A stretch of DNA of 64,000 bases, from NCBI GenBank assembly GCA_041738505.1, contig JBGSPQ010000040.1, positions 6,092 to 70,091 on the forward strand. Reading direction: 5' to 3'. Of this stretch, positions 18,573 through 27,157 are shown piece by piece; position 1 is the stretch's first letter; each line of letters opens with the position of its first letter. Below the pieces are notes generated by a model that saw only the letters and a program-made list of their open reading frames with translations, made no database searches and was not told the DNA's origin. This stretch comes from Candidatus Altimarinota bacterium (lineage in GTDB: Bacteria; Patescibacteriota; Gracilibacteria; UBA1369). The translations under genes were made by a program, and so were the position numbers.

Positions 18573-20267
18573 TTATTTACGGGCTTTTTCGGTGACGCGG
18601 TATTCCAGGTAGCGGCCGAACATCAGGCGGGTTTGGGCGTCCAGCGCGGGGACGGCGCTTAAAAAGATGCTGACGATCGGGATAAGTATCCACTGGCCGA
18701 TTAAGCTTAACTGTCCCAGAAGTTTTTTGCCCGGGCGGAAGGGGACCATGCTCAAGCTGATGATGGCGCACATGATGATACCTCCGGACGCGAAGGTAAG
18801 GACGTCGCTCATGATGCGGGGGACGTTATATGCCAGCACTGTGTCGCGGAAGCCGGGGTTTAACACTCCCGGAACGAATCCCATAAAGGTGATTAAAATC
18901 GGGCCGGTCGCCCAGAAGAAACTGTTTTTTAAGAATTCGTAAATTTTATATATTTTTTCGGAGGTTTTGATTCGCGGGTGATACCAAAGATTTAGCGCCA
19001 CAAAGGGAAAATCGCAGACGCCGTAGGCCCAGCGGCGCAGTTGTCCATACTGACTGCGGAATGTTTTTATATAAGTTTCGGATAGCACCGCGTCCATGTA
19101 AACGGGCGAATAAACGGGAACGAGCGTGTGGCGGCCGTCGTAAACGGCGTAGGCGGTCCAGTATTGGCGGGAGTCTTCGGGGATGACCGCGGGGTCCCAA
19201 TAGTTTACGTCCACAACGGTTTTCATGCTTAAGGAGCGGCTGGAAAAACTTTTGTATTTAGACGGTTGGACGCTTTCGGCAAGGCGCCAGAAAGAGCATG
19301 ATTGCGCCACGATGCGGATCATGGCGGGAACGTCCCAGATGTTGTTGTGGAAAAGATGCGTGGGCTGGTAGGCTTTTTCGGTGCGGTTTTCCTGTGTGAG
19401 GTATTTGAATGTGAGTTCCGAAAAATACTGCGGGTGGGCGACTGTGTCGGCGTCGAAGTTGGAAACGATGACGTTTTCGTATTGGAGGTTTTTCTTGTCC
19501 AGATATTTTTTGAGTTCTTTTGCCGCCCAGGTGGCATTGGCCGATTTGCCCCTGATTTCGCCGGGGATGTTTTTGGGATGAATTGTGATCATGAAATGGG
19601 CGAATCTTTTCCCGAATTCGGCTTCAATTTTTTGCGCGGTGCGGGCAAAATTTTCTTTATCGGATTCTTCTCCGGCCAAAACTATAATAATTCGCGAGGC
19701 CGGATATTTGCTTTCGGCATAGGATTTGATTGATTCGCGGATCAGTTGGTACGACTCTTTGTAAGTGACATAAATGACTGCGTGAAAAATCTCTTTTGAA
19801 TGTATCCAGTCGGAATTATTTTTGAGATTTAGGATGGTGTTTTTTAAATGGAAGAGGGTGAAATATTTTTTGGGATTTGTTTCTTTGGTGATTTTTTTCA
19901 GTTCATAATCGATTTTTTCCGGATGGTCGTTGAGTTTGAGCATTTTTGTCCAGTCGGTGGCAAGAGCTTCGTTGGAAAGTTTAAATGATTTGTACAGATA
20001 CCAGGAAAGTTTAAGTGATCTGAATAACCAGATTATGGTGTAGATGATGATAAAAGTGGCAACCACAACGGGCGCGTATACCGCCAATACCAGTGGCAAA
20101 ATTAAAGCCGCCCAGGCTACCGTGCCGGGGATGATTTCCAGTAGCCGCCAGAGACGGTGTTTGCGAATGAGGTTGGCGGTTCGCGACGGATAGGGGTTGT
20201 GTATCGCGGTCTTTAAACGGCCCGCGGTTAGAGAAACTGCCTGTGTTGTTTGCGATGCGATATTCAT
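18573..20267 (-). CDS. membrane-embedded processive family-2 glycosyltransferase (cellulose/chitin/hyaluronan-synthase-like)
   Basis: 564 aa with N-terminal TM helices and a cytoplasmic GT-A domain. Motifs include a DxD-type block (VSNFDADTV), an ED block (VIPEDSRQYW) and QxxRW (QLRRWAYG). Several C-terminal TM helices follow. Confidence 0.7.
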   Translation of the reverse strand: MNIASQTTQAVSLTAGRLKTAIHNPYPSRTANLIRKHRLWRLLEIIPGTVAWAALILPLVLAVYAPVVVATFIIIYTIIWLFRSLKLSWYLYKSFKLSNEALATDWTKMLKLNDHPEKIDYELKKITKETNPKKYFTLFHLKNTILNLKNNSDWIHSKEIFHAVIYVTYKESYQLIRESIKSYAESKYPASRIIIVLAGEESDKENFARTAQKIEAEFGKRFAHFMITIHPKNIPGEIRGKSANATWAAKELKKYLDKKNLQYENVIVSNFDADTVAHPQYFSELTFKYLTQENRTEKAYQPTHLFHNNIWDVPAMIRIVAQSCSFWRLAESVQPSKYKSFSSRSLSMKTVVDVNYWDPAVIPEDSRQYWTAYAVYDGRHTLVPVYSPVYMDAVLSETYIKTFRSQYGQLRRWAYGVCDFPFVALNLWYHPRIKTSEKIYKIYEFLKNSFFWATGPILITFMGFVPGVLNPGFRDTVLAYNVPRIMSDVLTFASGGIIMCAIISLSMVPFRPGKKLLGQLSLIGQWILIPIVSIFLSAVPALDAQTRLMFGRYLEYRVTEKARK

Positions 20268-20281
20268 GGATATTTGTCATC

Positions 20282-20301
20282 TCCGACTTCTAGAAGTCGG
20301 A
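20282..20301. promoter_or_regulatory. perfect 20-nt palindrome upstream of the GT2 gene
   Basis: tccgacttctagaagtcgga is self-complementary over 20 nt. It lies 15-34 nt upstream of the GT2 start (20267) and 8 nt downstream of the phosphomannomutase stop. A related half-site, atccgacttc..tagaag, occurs at 15575-15596. Confidence 0.35.
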
Positions 20302-20308
20302 TGTGGGT

Positions 20309-21769
20309 TTATTCTTTGTACCAGGCGAGGCTGACTTCGGGGTGCTTTCTTATTTCATTAACCATGATGCGCTGGATTTCTTTCAATTTTTGTTCGTTTT
20401 CGGCTTCAAATCGGAGCGTGAGATTGGGGCTGGTGTTGGAACAGCGGACGGCTCCCCATGATTTTTCGTCGAAATTCACACGGACGCCGTCAATGGTTAC
20501 GCATTTGTGTGTGCGGGAAAAAGTTTCCTGCAGTTTTTTTACGATTTCAAATTTTTTGTCGTCGGGGCAGTGGGCTTTGAATTCCGGGGTGGTTGCCATT
20601 TGGGGCAGATCGGTGAATTGCTCCGAGAATTTTTTGTCCGATTGGGATAGGATTTCCAGAATTTTGCCGGCGCCATAGAGGGCGTCGTCAAAGCCGTAGT
20701 AATCATAGTGGTCTTTTCCGAAAAAGAGGTGTCCGCTGATTTCTCCGGCAAGCGGCGCGCCGATTTCGTGCATGCGCGACTCAATAAAAGAATGGCCGGT
20801 TTTGCTCATTACGGGGATACCCCCGAGTTTTGTAATTTCATCAATCAGAATTTGCGAGACTTTCACATCAAAAACGATTTGGCTTCCCGGGTTGTTTTTT
20901 AAAAGGTCGCGGGCCAGTAGAATGATCAGGAAGTCGGCGGAATAGTGTTTGCCGTTTTCGTCCACAATGCCCACTCTGTCGCCGTCGCCGTCAAAGCCGA
21001 TGCCGATGTCGGCGCCGGTTTCCACCACTTTTGCGGCCAGTTCGCGGGTGTTTTTTTCGTCTTCGGGGTTGGCTTCGTGGTTGGGGTAATTGCCGTCCGG
21101 TTCGCAAAAAATTTCGGTTACTTCGCAGCCCAGCGCGCGAAGAAGCTCCGGCGCGAAGATTCCGGCGGTGCCGTTTCCGGCGTCCACAACAACTTTCATG
21201 GGTCTGGCCGGGTGGATTCGGGTGGCAATGTCTTTAAGGTAGGTTGTAAAATTATCGGTTTTTTGTGTTAATTTTCCTTGTCCAATTTCAAAATCCCCGG
21301 ACTGAATCAGTTTTAAAATTTCCTGCAGTTCTTCTCCGCAGACGGAATGGGCTTTTCTGCCCACGATTTTTACGCCGTTGTATTCTTTGGGGTTGTGGCT
21401 GGCGGTGATGTTTACGCCGCTGTCCATGCCGAATTTGCAGACTCCGTAGTAAATGAGCGGCGAGGTGGAAAGGCCGGCGTCTTCCACATTTATGCCGGTA
21501 GAGAGCACTCCTTTGATAAATGCTGTTTGCAGTTTTTCGCCGTGCAGACGGTTGTCTCTGCCGACCAGCATGTTTATGGCGCCGTATTTTCGTTTCATGT
21601 ATGTGCCCGTTCCTTTGCCGATCAGTTCCATTGTTGCCGGGGTGAGGTCGGGTTCCGGGGATGGTTTATGGTTTGATAATTCGGCGCGGTCGGTGTTGGC
21701 GGAAGGTGCTTCCATGGCGATTCCGCGGATGTCGTAGGCTCTAAAAATGTGTGGATTGATTTTGGTCAT
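20309..21769 (-). CDS. phosphomannomutase / phosphoglucomutase
   Basis: 486 aa with the active-site Ser loop ITASHNPKEYNGVK, the metal loop GFDGDGDRVG and the sugar loop GEISGH. This is the alpha-D-phosphohexomutase superfamily. Confidence 0.88.
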   Translation of the reverse strand: MTKINPHIFRAYDIRGIAMEAPSANTDRAELSNHKPSPEPDLTPATMELIGKGTGTYMKRKYGAINMLVGRDNRLHGEKLQTAFIKGVLSTGINVEDAGLSTSPLIYYGVCKFGMDSGVNITASHNPKEYNGVKIVGRKAHSVCGEELQEILKLIQSGDFEIGQGKLTQKTDNFTTYLKDIATRIHPARPMKVVVDAGNGTAGIFAPELLRALGCEVTEIFCEPDGNYPNHEANPEDEKNTRELAAKVVETGADIGIGFDGDGDRVGIVDENGKHYSADFLIILLARDLLKNNPGSQIVFDVKVSQILIDEITKLGGIPVMSKTGHSFIESRMHEIGAPLAGEISGHLFFGKDHYDYYGFDDALYGAGKILEILSQSDKKFSEQFTDLPQMATTPEFKAHCPDDKKFEIVKKLQETFSRTHKCVTIDGVRVNFDEKSWGAVRCSNTSPNLTLRFEAENEQKLKEIQRIMVNEIRKHPEVSLAWYKE

Positions 21770-21828
21770 TTTTGTCTGATAATTTTCAACGGGTAAAAGG
21801 CGGGGTTATTCTAGCAGGTCAGGAGGGA

Positions 21829-23502
21829 TTAAAAAAGCAGGGTTTTCAGGTAGGCGTGGCTTAACCTTTCGGCTTTGGCGTAGTTTTCGGGGGTGATTTT
21901 TTCGGCCGGGCTGTGGCTGATGCCGTCGTGGGCGACGTATGTCATGGCAATGGGAACACCTATTTTACCAAGGCTGGCGGCGTCGTGGCCGGGGAGCGAG
22001 GGCATGGAGACGGTTTTCAGTCCCAATTCCTGCGCCAGCTGTTCTTTGATTTGAACGGACTGCGGGTTGACCGGTGTATAGGGTTTTTCATCAAGGACGG
22101 CGATGGCCGCGCCGTTTAATCGGCTGTGTATTTGTTCGCGGATGGGTGTCATTTTTTGGGTATCCACGTCGCGCAGGTCAAGGTTAAAACGGGTGCCGGT
22201 GTTTGGGTCCAGGGTAAAATCCGTGACGGTGCCGCGCACTTTGCCGACCGTGCTTTCGCCGTTTTCTATTTCATTGTTTACTTCCTCTCTAATAAGACGT
22301 TCCACGGAGGCCGGGACTTTCAGATTTTTGAGCGATTCTTGTGGTACGGCGGTAAAAGTGCCGGGTGTCGCCAATTTTTCCAGAAGGTCGCCGGTTACGT
22401 CGTAGTCGGCGCAGACGCGCATGAGTACTTTGACCATCAATGGTTTTAGCAATGTGAATTTGTTCGCGGGGATCATGATTTCAACTTGTTGTTCGGTGGG
22501 GACGGTGGTGAATCCGGTTTCTTTGGCGGGCGCGAATTTTGTGATTTTTATGTCATTTTTGTAGCCGGCCAGGGAGGCCGCTTTTTGAAGAAGTCGGGTG
22601 AAGAGGGCGGCGGCTACGAGTGCGTCCCGGCGGTAATATTTGGGGCTGTGTTGCTGTTTGAGCCGGGGGTTGGGCGGGGTGCCGCCGGTGTGGGACTGTG
22701 CGCCGGTGAATTGGATGTTGATTTGGACGTGGTTGTTTGAGGGGGTGATTTCGGTTTGCTCCGGCGGCATGGCGGGTGCGGGAATTTTTACGGTTTCGCG
22801 GATTGCGCTGCCAATTCCATCGCACACTATTCCGGCATCGGCTTCGTGCAGGTCGCAGACGCGGCTTTGTTCTATGTGCAATTCTTCGTACAGGAGTGTG
22901 TTTTTGGCATTGATGTGCGGGTTTTCAATTTCGTTCAGAATTCTGTTCCAGGAATCCGGTCCGTATTTTTCGTTTAAGAAATCTTTTAGAGGTAAGTTGG
23001 TGCCGTCATCTTTTTTGTAGCGGATTTTTTCCAGTTCTTCTTTGCTTATTGTGCCTGTGGCAATACGGCTTCCCAAACATGTCACACCTGTTTTCGGACT
23101 GGATTCCTCTCCGCGGAAAACGGCAATCGTATAATTGAAGCGAGGTTTTCGTTCTTCCTTGATAATTGTTTCCAGAAAATTGAACGCCGAGTTTACTCCG
23201 GCAGGCCCGTCATACATGCCTCCGTTTAAAACGCTGTCGGCGTGGGAGCCGCTCATGACGGTTTTGGCGGGATCTTCTCCGAAATAAGTTATAAAAAGGT
23301 TCCCGGCGGCATCCCTTGTAATTGCGTAGTCGTCCGGGTTGATTTTTTCTTTATCAAACATCTCTCTAACGTTATCCACAATCAAATCAAAAGCTTTGTC
23401 CTCGGCTTCGGAAAAGGCGTAACACTTGCGGCCTATTTTTTTTTCGGGATTGGGAAGAGGTTCATTTCCCGCTGCGGCGATTTTATTTAGAAGATTGAGC
23501 AT
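21829..23502 (-). CDS. M20-family amidohydrolase (allantoate amidohydrolase / N-carbamoyl-amino-acid hydrolase type), enlarged
   Basis: SGSHADSVLNGGMYDGPAGV, FRGEESS and the C-terminal LPGHDAASLG..MTYVAHDGISHSPAE match the Zn-ligand blocks of this subfamily. At 557 aa it is clearly longer than the members I remember. Confidence 0.6.
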   Translation of the reverse strand: MLNLLNKIAAAGNEPLPNPEKKIGRKCYAFSEAEDKAFDLIVDNVREMFDKEKINPDDYAITRDAAGNLFITYFGEDPAKTVMSGSHADSVLNGGMYDGPAGVNSAFNFLETIIKEERKPRFNYTIAVFRGEESSPKTGVTCLGSRIATGTISKEELEKIRYKKDDGTNLPLKDFLNEKYGPDSWNRILNEIENPHINAKNTLLYEELHIEQSRVCDLHEADAGIVCDGIGSAIRETVKIPAPAMPPEQTEITPSNNHVQINIQFTGAQSHTGGTPPNPRLKQQHSPKYYRRDALVAAALFTRLLQKAASLAGYKNDIKITKFAPAKETGFTTVPTEQQVEIMIPANKFTLLKPLMVKVLMRVCADYDVTGDLLEKLATPGTFTAVPQESLKNLKVPASVERLIREEVNNEIENGESTVGKVRGTVTDFTLDPNTGTRFNLDLRDVDTQKMTPIREQIHSRLNGAAIAVLDEKPYTPVNPQSVQIKEQLAQELGLKTVSMPSLPGHDAASLGKIGVPIAMTYVAHDGISHSPAEKITPENYAKAERLSHAYLKTLLF

Positions 23503-23634
23503 AAATATTAAAAAAAGGAAATGATGGTAACAATGTTACCGCTTTGCGTCAAATTGGATGTTTTCAAACCGATTTGATAGAGCAATATTAAAGCATTTAT
23601 TGCTATATTTGTCAATAATGAATAAGGCCTATGG

Positions 23635-23662
23635 TTGACAAGAGGAGATATGACGTTAGAAT
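23635..23662 (+). promoter_or_regulatory. candidate promoter for the 23691 gene
   Basis: TTGACA (23635-23640), a 16-nt spacer, then TAGAAT (23657-23662), 29 nt upstream of the ATG. Confidence 0.35.
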
Positions 23663-23690
23663 CTTGCGGAAATATCAATAAATTTATTCT

Positions 23691-24188
23691 ATGTCAACAT
23701 GGTCAAAGGAGCCTGAAAATACAGGCTATATCGATCCAAAGGAGGTTGCTCCGCGGGTGGATCTTAATGGAGAGGTTGTGGATCTTGTGCGTGCGGAATC
23801 CATGCACAGGCTGGGCATGCAAGAAAAAGCGATGGAATTGTATGATTTATCCATTTCCAAAGGGTCTTATGAGGCGAGAATGTGCAAGGGATTTGCTATT
23901 GCGGAGAGTGCTTTGTGTGATGGTTGTTATGAAGATATGGTGAAGGGTTTGAAATTGGCGATACCCGTGGCAATGAGGTTGATGCATTCGGCTCAGGGAA
24001 AAAGATTGTTGCAGATTCTTCAAATGGCGGTTGATGCCGGATGGATTCAGGGGGACAGTCAACTTTGCCCGGATGCGGTCAGTCATACGGATGTTTACGA
24101 TCGCATGGAGGATTTTACCCATGCGGGAGAAAACGAAAAAGCCTCTTTGAGCAATCTTTACGAATACCTGGTGGCATTTTACCGCTAA
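23691..24188 (+). CDS. hypothetical protein (165 aa)
   Basis: ORF with helical-repeat-like composition and no recognised motif. An overlapping ORF in another frame (23635..23943) is less protein-like. Confidence 0.45.
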   Translation: MSTWSKEPENTGYIDPKEVAPRVDLNGEVVDLVRAESMHRLGMQEKAMELYDLSISKGSYEARMCKGFAIAESALCDGCYEDMVKGLKLAIPVAMRLMHSAQGKRLLQILQMAVDAGWIQGDSQLCPDAVSHTDVYDRMEDFTHAGENEKASLSNLYEYLVAFYR

Positions 24189-24202
24189 ATGGAGTCCGGA
24201 AT

Positions 24203-24730
24203 TTATTTCTGTTCCTCCTGAACTGCCTGCAGTCTTTCCACTCCCTCCCATTGGGTTAGCAGTTTTGCCACGGCCTCCGGTACAAAATTGTCCCATTTGC
24301 GGTTTCTGATCATTCTTTCCCGTACTTCCGTGGATGAGATTTTGATCTCTTTTTGGACCGGAACGATCTGGTAAGGTGTGGCCAGTTTTTTGTTGTATTC
24401 GTCAAACAGTTTGGTGACAACGGGTGATCCTGTGTAGATTCTTTCAAAAGGCGGAACATAAAGTTCCACGTGCTGGGCCCAGAGCGCAAAGTTGTTGATA
24501 TTGGGAACGGGAACCAGAGTGTATTTGTCGCGGGGAACGCTTGCTTCGTCCAAAGAGGCCTGTAGCATCTGGATTCTTTCGGCGCAGGTAAAGGGGTTGG
24601 CCTGACGGTAGTTTTCGTCCGAACTGCCAATGCCGATAATCAGATGGTCGCTTTCCTGAACGGCGTTAACGATTGCGGAAAGGTGGCCCATGTGTAGTGG
24701 TTGAAAGCGTCCGATAAATAATGAAATCAT
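24203..24730 (-). CDS. nicotinamide-nucleotide adenylyltransferase (archaeal NadM-type cytidylyltransferase fold)
   Basis: 175 aa. The N-terminus LFIGRFQPLHMGHL is the (H/T)xGH nucleotidyltransferase motif as in NadM-type NMNATs, and a C-terminal ISSTEVR block is present. The start overlaps the nadE stop (ATGA). Confidence 0.7.
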   Translation of the reverse strand: MISLFIGRFQPLHMGHLSAIVNAVQESDHLIIGIGSSDENYRQANPFTCAERIQMLQASLDEASVPRDKYTLVPVPNINNFALWAQHVELYVPPFERIYTGSPVVTKLFDEYNKKLATPYQIVPVQKEIKISSTEVRERMIRNRKWDNFVPEAVAKLLTQWEGVERLQAVQEEQK

Positions 24731-25482
24731 AGTGGTTGTTTAATTTTAATGATTGGGGGCATTGAGGATTTGTGGCGGTTGTTTTCCACCCGGTTAAAGA
24801 TATTGTGGATGAGAGTGGGTTTCATGCCTTTGCCGATAAGTTTTTCCAGTCCCTGATTGAGTCTTTTTAAAATCGGGTCGATTTCGCCGTAGGTTGCTCC
24901 AAGTTCGGCGGCGTCGGTCTGGCCGTCGTAAAGTTCCGCGGATGGCTCTTTCTGCACAATTTCGGGGGGGAGGCCTACGTGGTTGGCCAGTTCCACCACC
25001 TGATGTTTGAACAAATCGCCGAGTGGCATAATGTCGCAGGCAAGGTCGCCGTATTTGGTGCCGTATCCCAAAAGCAGTTCGCTTTTGTTGGAGGTGCCGA
25101 TTACCAGCGCGTCGTGGGTGTTGGCGTAGTTGTAAAGGATTACGGCGCGTATTCTGGCTTTGTTATTTTGCAGTGCTGTGGAATTTTGCTTCCAAGGCAG
25201 CTGGGCGAATCCGATCAGAAAAGAGTTGATGGGCTGTTGATGAAAAGTGACTCCAAGGGCTTCCGCAAGCACTTTGGCGTGATGGATGTTTTCTGCATTT
25301 GTGATTCCCAGTTCGGGCATGGAAACCGCGGTGACGTTTTCCGGGCCGATTGCGTCTGCGGTAAGTTTTAGAGTTAGAGCCGAATCAACACCACCACTTA
25401 AACCGATTACGGCTTTGCTCAAGTCGTTTGCCGTGTAGTATTTTTTTATTCCTTTGATAATTTGTTCGTAGATTTTTTCCAT
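24727..25482 (-). CDS. nadE: NH3-dependent NAD+ synthetase
   Basis: 251 aa with the PP-loop GLSGGVDSALT and conserved blocks (GTSNKSELLLGYGTKYGD, K..V..LA). The ATG shares one nt with the smpB stop (TGATG). Confidence 0.88.
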   Translation of the reverse strand: MEKIYEQIIKGIKKYYTANDLSKAVIGLSGGVDSALTLKLTADAIGPENVTAVSMPELGITNAENIHHAKVLAEALGVTFHQQPINSFLIGFAQLPWKQNSTALQNNKARIRAVILYNYANTHDALVIGTSNKSELLLGYGTKYGDLACDIMPLGDLFKHQVVELANHVGLPPEIVQKEPSAELYDGQTDAAELGATYGEIDPILKRLNQGLEKLIGKGMKPTLIHNIFNRVENNRHKSSMPPIIKIKQPL

Positions 25483-25931
25483 CAGCGGGCGTTTTTTAGG
25501 GTTCTGCGGATTTCCAGATTTTGTGCTTTTTTCTTGAGTTCGTCGCGACGGTCGTATTTCTTTTTACCGCGGCAGACTCCGATTGTCAGTTTAATACGGT
25601 TGCGGGAAAGGTGAAAGTCCAGAGGGATTAACGACACCCCTTTTTCACCCAGCTGGGTGTCCAGTTTGTAGATTTCGTTTTTGTGGAGCAGGAGTTTTCT
25701 TTTGTGCGTTGGGTCGTAGTCGGTTTGTTGTTTTGCGGCCTGCTTGTAGGGGGAAATGTGGATGTTTTTGGTAAAGGCCTCCCCGTTTTTGATTTCCACG
25801 TAACTGCCTTTCAAATTGGTCTGCGAGGCGCGCACGGATTTAACCTCGGGGCCGGAAAGTTCAATCCCGGCTTCCAGTTTTTCCATGACTTCGTAATCGG
25901 CGTAGGCCTTTTTGTTTTGGGAGAGGATCAT
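25482..25931 (-). CDS. smpB: SsrA-binding protein
   Basis: 149 aa. NKKAYADYEVMEKLEAGIELSGPEVKSVR..LLLHKNEI..GVSLIPL..GVCRGKKKYDRR is canonical SmpB. Confidence 0.93.
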   Translation of the reverse strand: MILSQNKKAYADYEVMEKLEAGIELSGPEVKSVRASQTNLKGSYVEIKNGEAFTKNIHISPYKQAAKQQTDYDPTHKRKLLLHKNEIYKLDTQLGEKGVSLIPLDFHLSRNRIKLTIGVCRGKKKYDRRDELKKKAQNLEIRRTLKNAR

Positions 25932-25975
25932 GGCCAGATATTAGCATTTTGTATTGTAATCTGAAAGACGCGATA

Positions 25976-26003
25976 TTGACATTTGCTTCTTTGGTGCTAA
26001 AGT
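25976..26003 (+). promoter_or_regulatory. candidate promoter for the 26027 gene
   Basis: TTGACA (25976-25981), a 16-nt spacer, then TAAAGT (25998-26003), 23 nt before the ATG. Confidence 0.3.
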
Positions 26004-26026
26004 ATACTTCTTGATATTTTTTATTT

Positions 26027-27157
26027 ATGGAAGGAGATCATAAATTAGAAACGGATTTCAGAGCAGAAATTGATTCCGCGCGATTTAAGGGGGCTATTGC
26101 GGCCAGGAAATATATTAAAAGTAAAATTTTTTTTGATTTTGACGAAAATCTTATGGCTAAATTGAGTGAATTTGAAGGGATGGGAGCGGAAGTCGATCTT
26201 TTTAGAGAAGATTACGGAGTGCCGGGTTTTACTTGGGGTATGGATTTTATGAAAGATGACAGGATTCCCGAAGAGATTAAACAATATTGCCGGGAGAGAG
26301 TGGAAGCGTTAATTCCGAAGCTTAGCGCAGTTAATTTGTGGTATATGGTTAAGCATTTATCAAAATTTGTCGGTGATTTTGAAGAGATGAAAAAGTATAT
26401 AGGTGAAAATGGAATTACGGTACCTGATTACATATCCGGTAAAATTGCCAAACATTATGATTTGTTTGAAGTTGCATTGGAATATGGAAAAGGGCGCCAG
26501 ATTAATAAGGCTATGTCTGAATTTTATCCCTGGTTGGAAGGTGATCGAATAAATGGGAGTGCTCCCGATTTTTATTACGGAGAGAGGAGTTTATTGCATG
26601 CTGTAACCAGTGAAATCAGGGAAAATTTAAGTGAGTATATTGGAAGAAATAATATTGAATTGAAGAATGGTATTTCATCTTTTCATGTTAATGCCGCGAT
26701 GGAAATTTCAAGAATGGATTATGATCATATTATTGGGATTTATAGGGGATGTACTGGGTTGACCACACCGCTTGAAGTTCTGGGTGATAATGTCAGGTAT
26801 ATTGATTATTCGAGGGATTTTCCCGAGGAGCCGCCCAAATGGATACAGGTGGGTAGAGTTACCGATTTGCCAAAACGGGCTTATAAGGTGCTTGTCTGTG
26901 AGGATGACGCGGTTACCGGGGATACTCTAACCAGTGTGATTCCTTTAATTCAGGAACTTGAACCAAAAAGGGTTGTTGTTCGTTTTCACGGTGCCAATTT
27001 TGAAAAAAGTAGAGCCGTGGTTGACCAAATTCCTTTTTATGATGTTGCTCAAAATCTTTATGTGGGGTTTGAAAGGTATGTGGGAAATTTAAGGGAGTTT
27101 AATTCCTGTTTGAAAAAGGTTTTAAAAAAGTGTTCTGCTAAAAAAAGGCGTGATTAG
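26027..27157 (+). CDS. hypothetical protein with a C-terminal type I phosphoribosyltransferase-like domain
   Basis: 376 aa. The C-terminal third carries a PRPP-binding-type motif (KVLVCEDDAVTGDTLTSV: hydrophobic run, two acidic residues, then TG.T), preceded by IIGIYRGCTGL. The N-terminal approximately 230 aa are unrecognised. Sampled 60-nt lines give 25-33% GC. Confidence 0.5.
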   Translation: MEGDHKLETDFRAEIDSARFKGAIAARKYIKSKIFFDFDENLMAKLSEFEGMGAEVDLFREDYGVPGFTWGMDFMKDDRIPEEIKQYCRERVEALIPKLSAVNLWYMVKHLSKFVGDFEEMKKYIGENGITVPDYISGKIAKHYDLFEVALEYGKGRQINKAMSEFYPWLEGDRINGSAPDFYYGERSLLHAVTSEIRENLSEYIGRNNIELKNGISSFHVNAAMEISRMDYDHIIGIYRGCTGLTTPLEVLGDNVRYIDYSRDFPEEPPKWIQVGRVTDLPKRAYKVLVCEDDAVTGDTLTSVIPLIQELEPKRVVVRFHGANFEKSRAVVDQIPFYDVAQNLYVGFERYVGNLREFNSCLKKVLKKCSAKKRRD

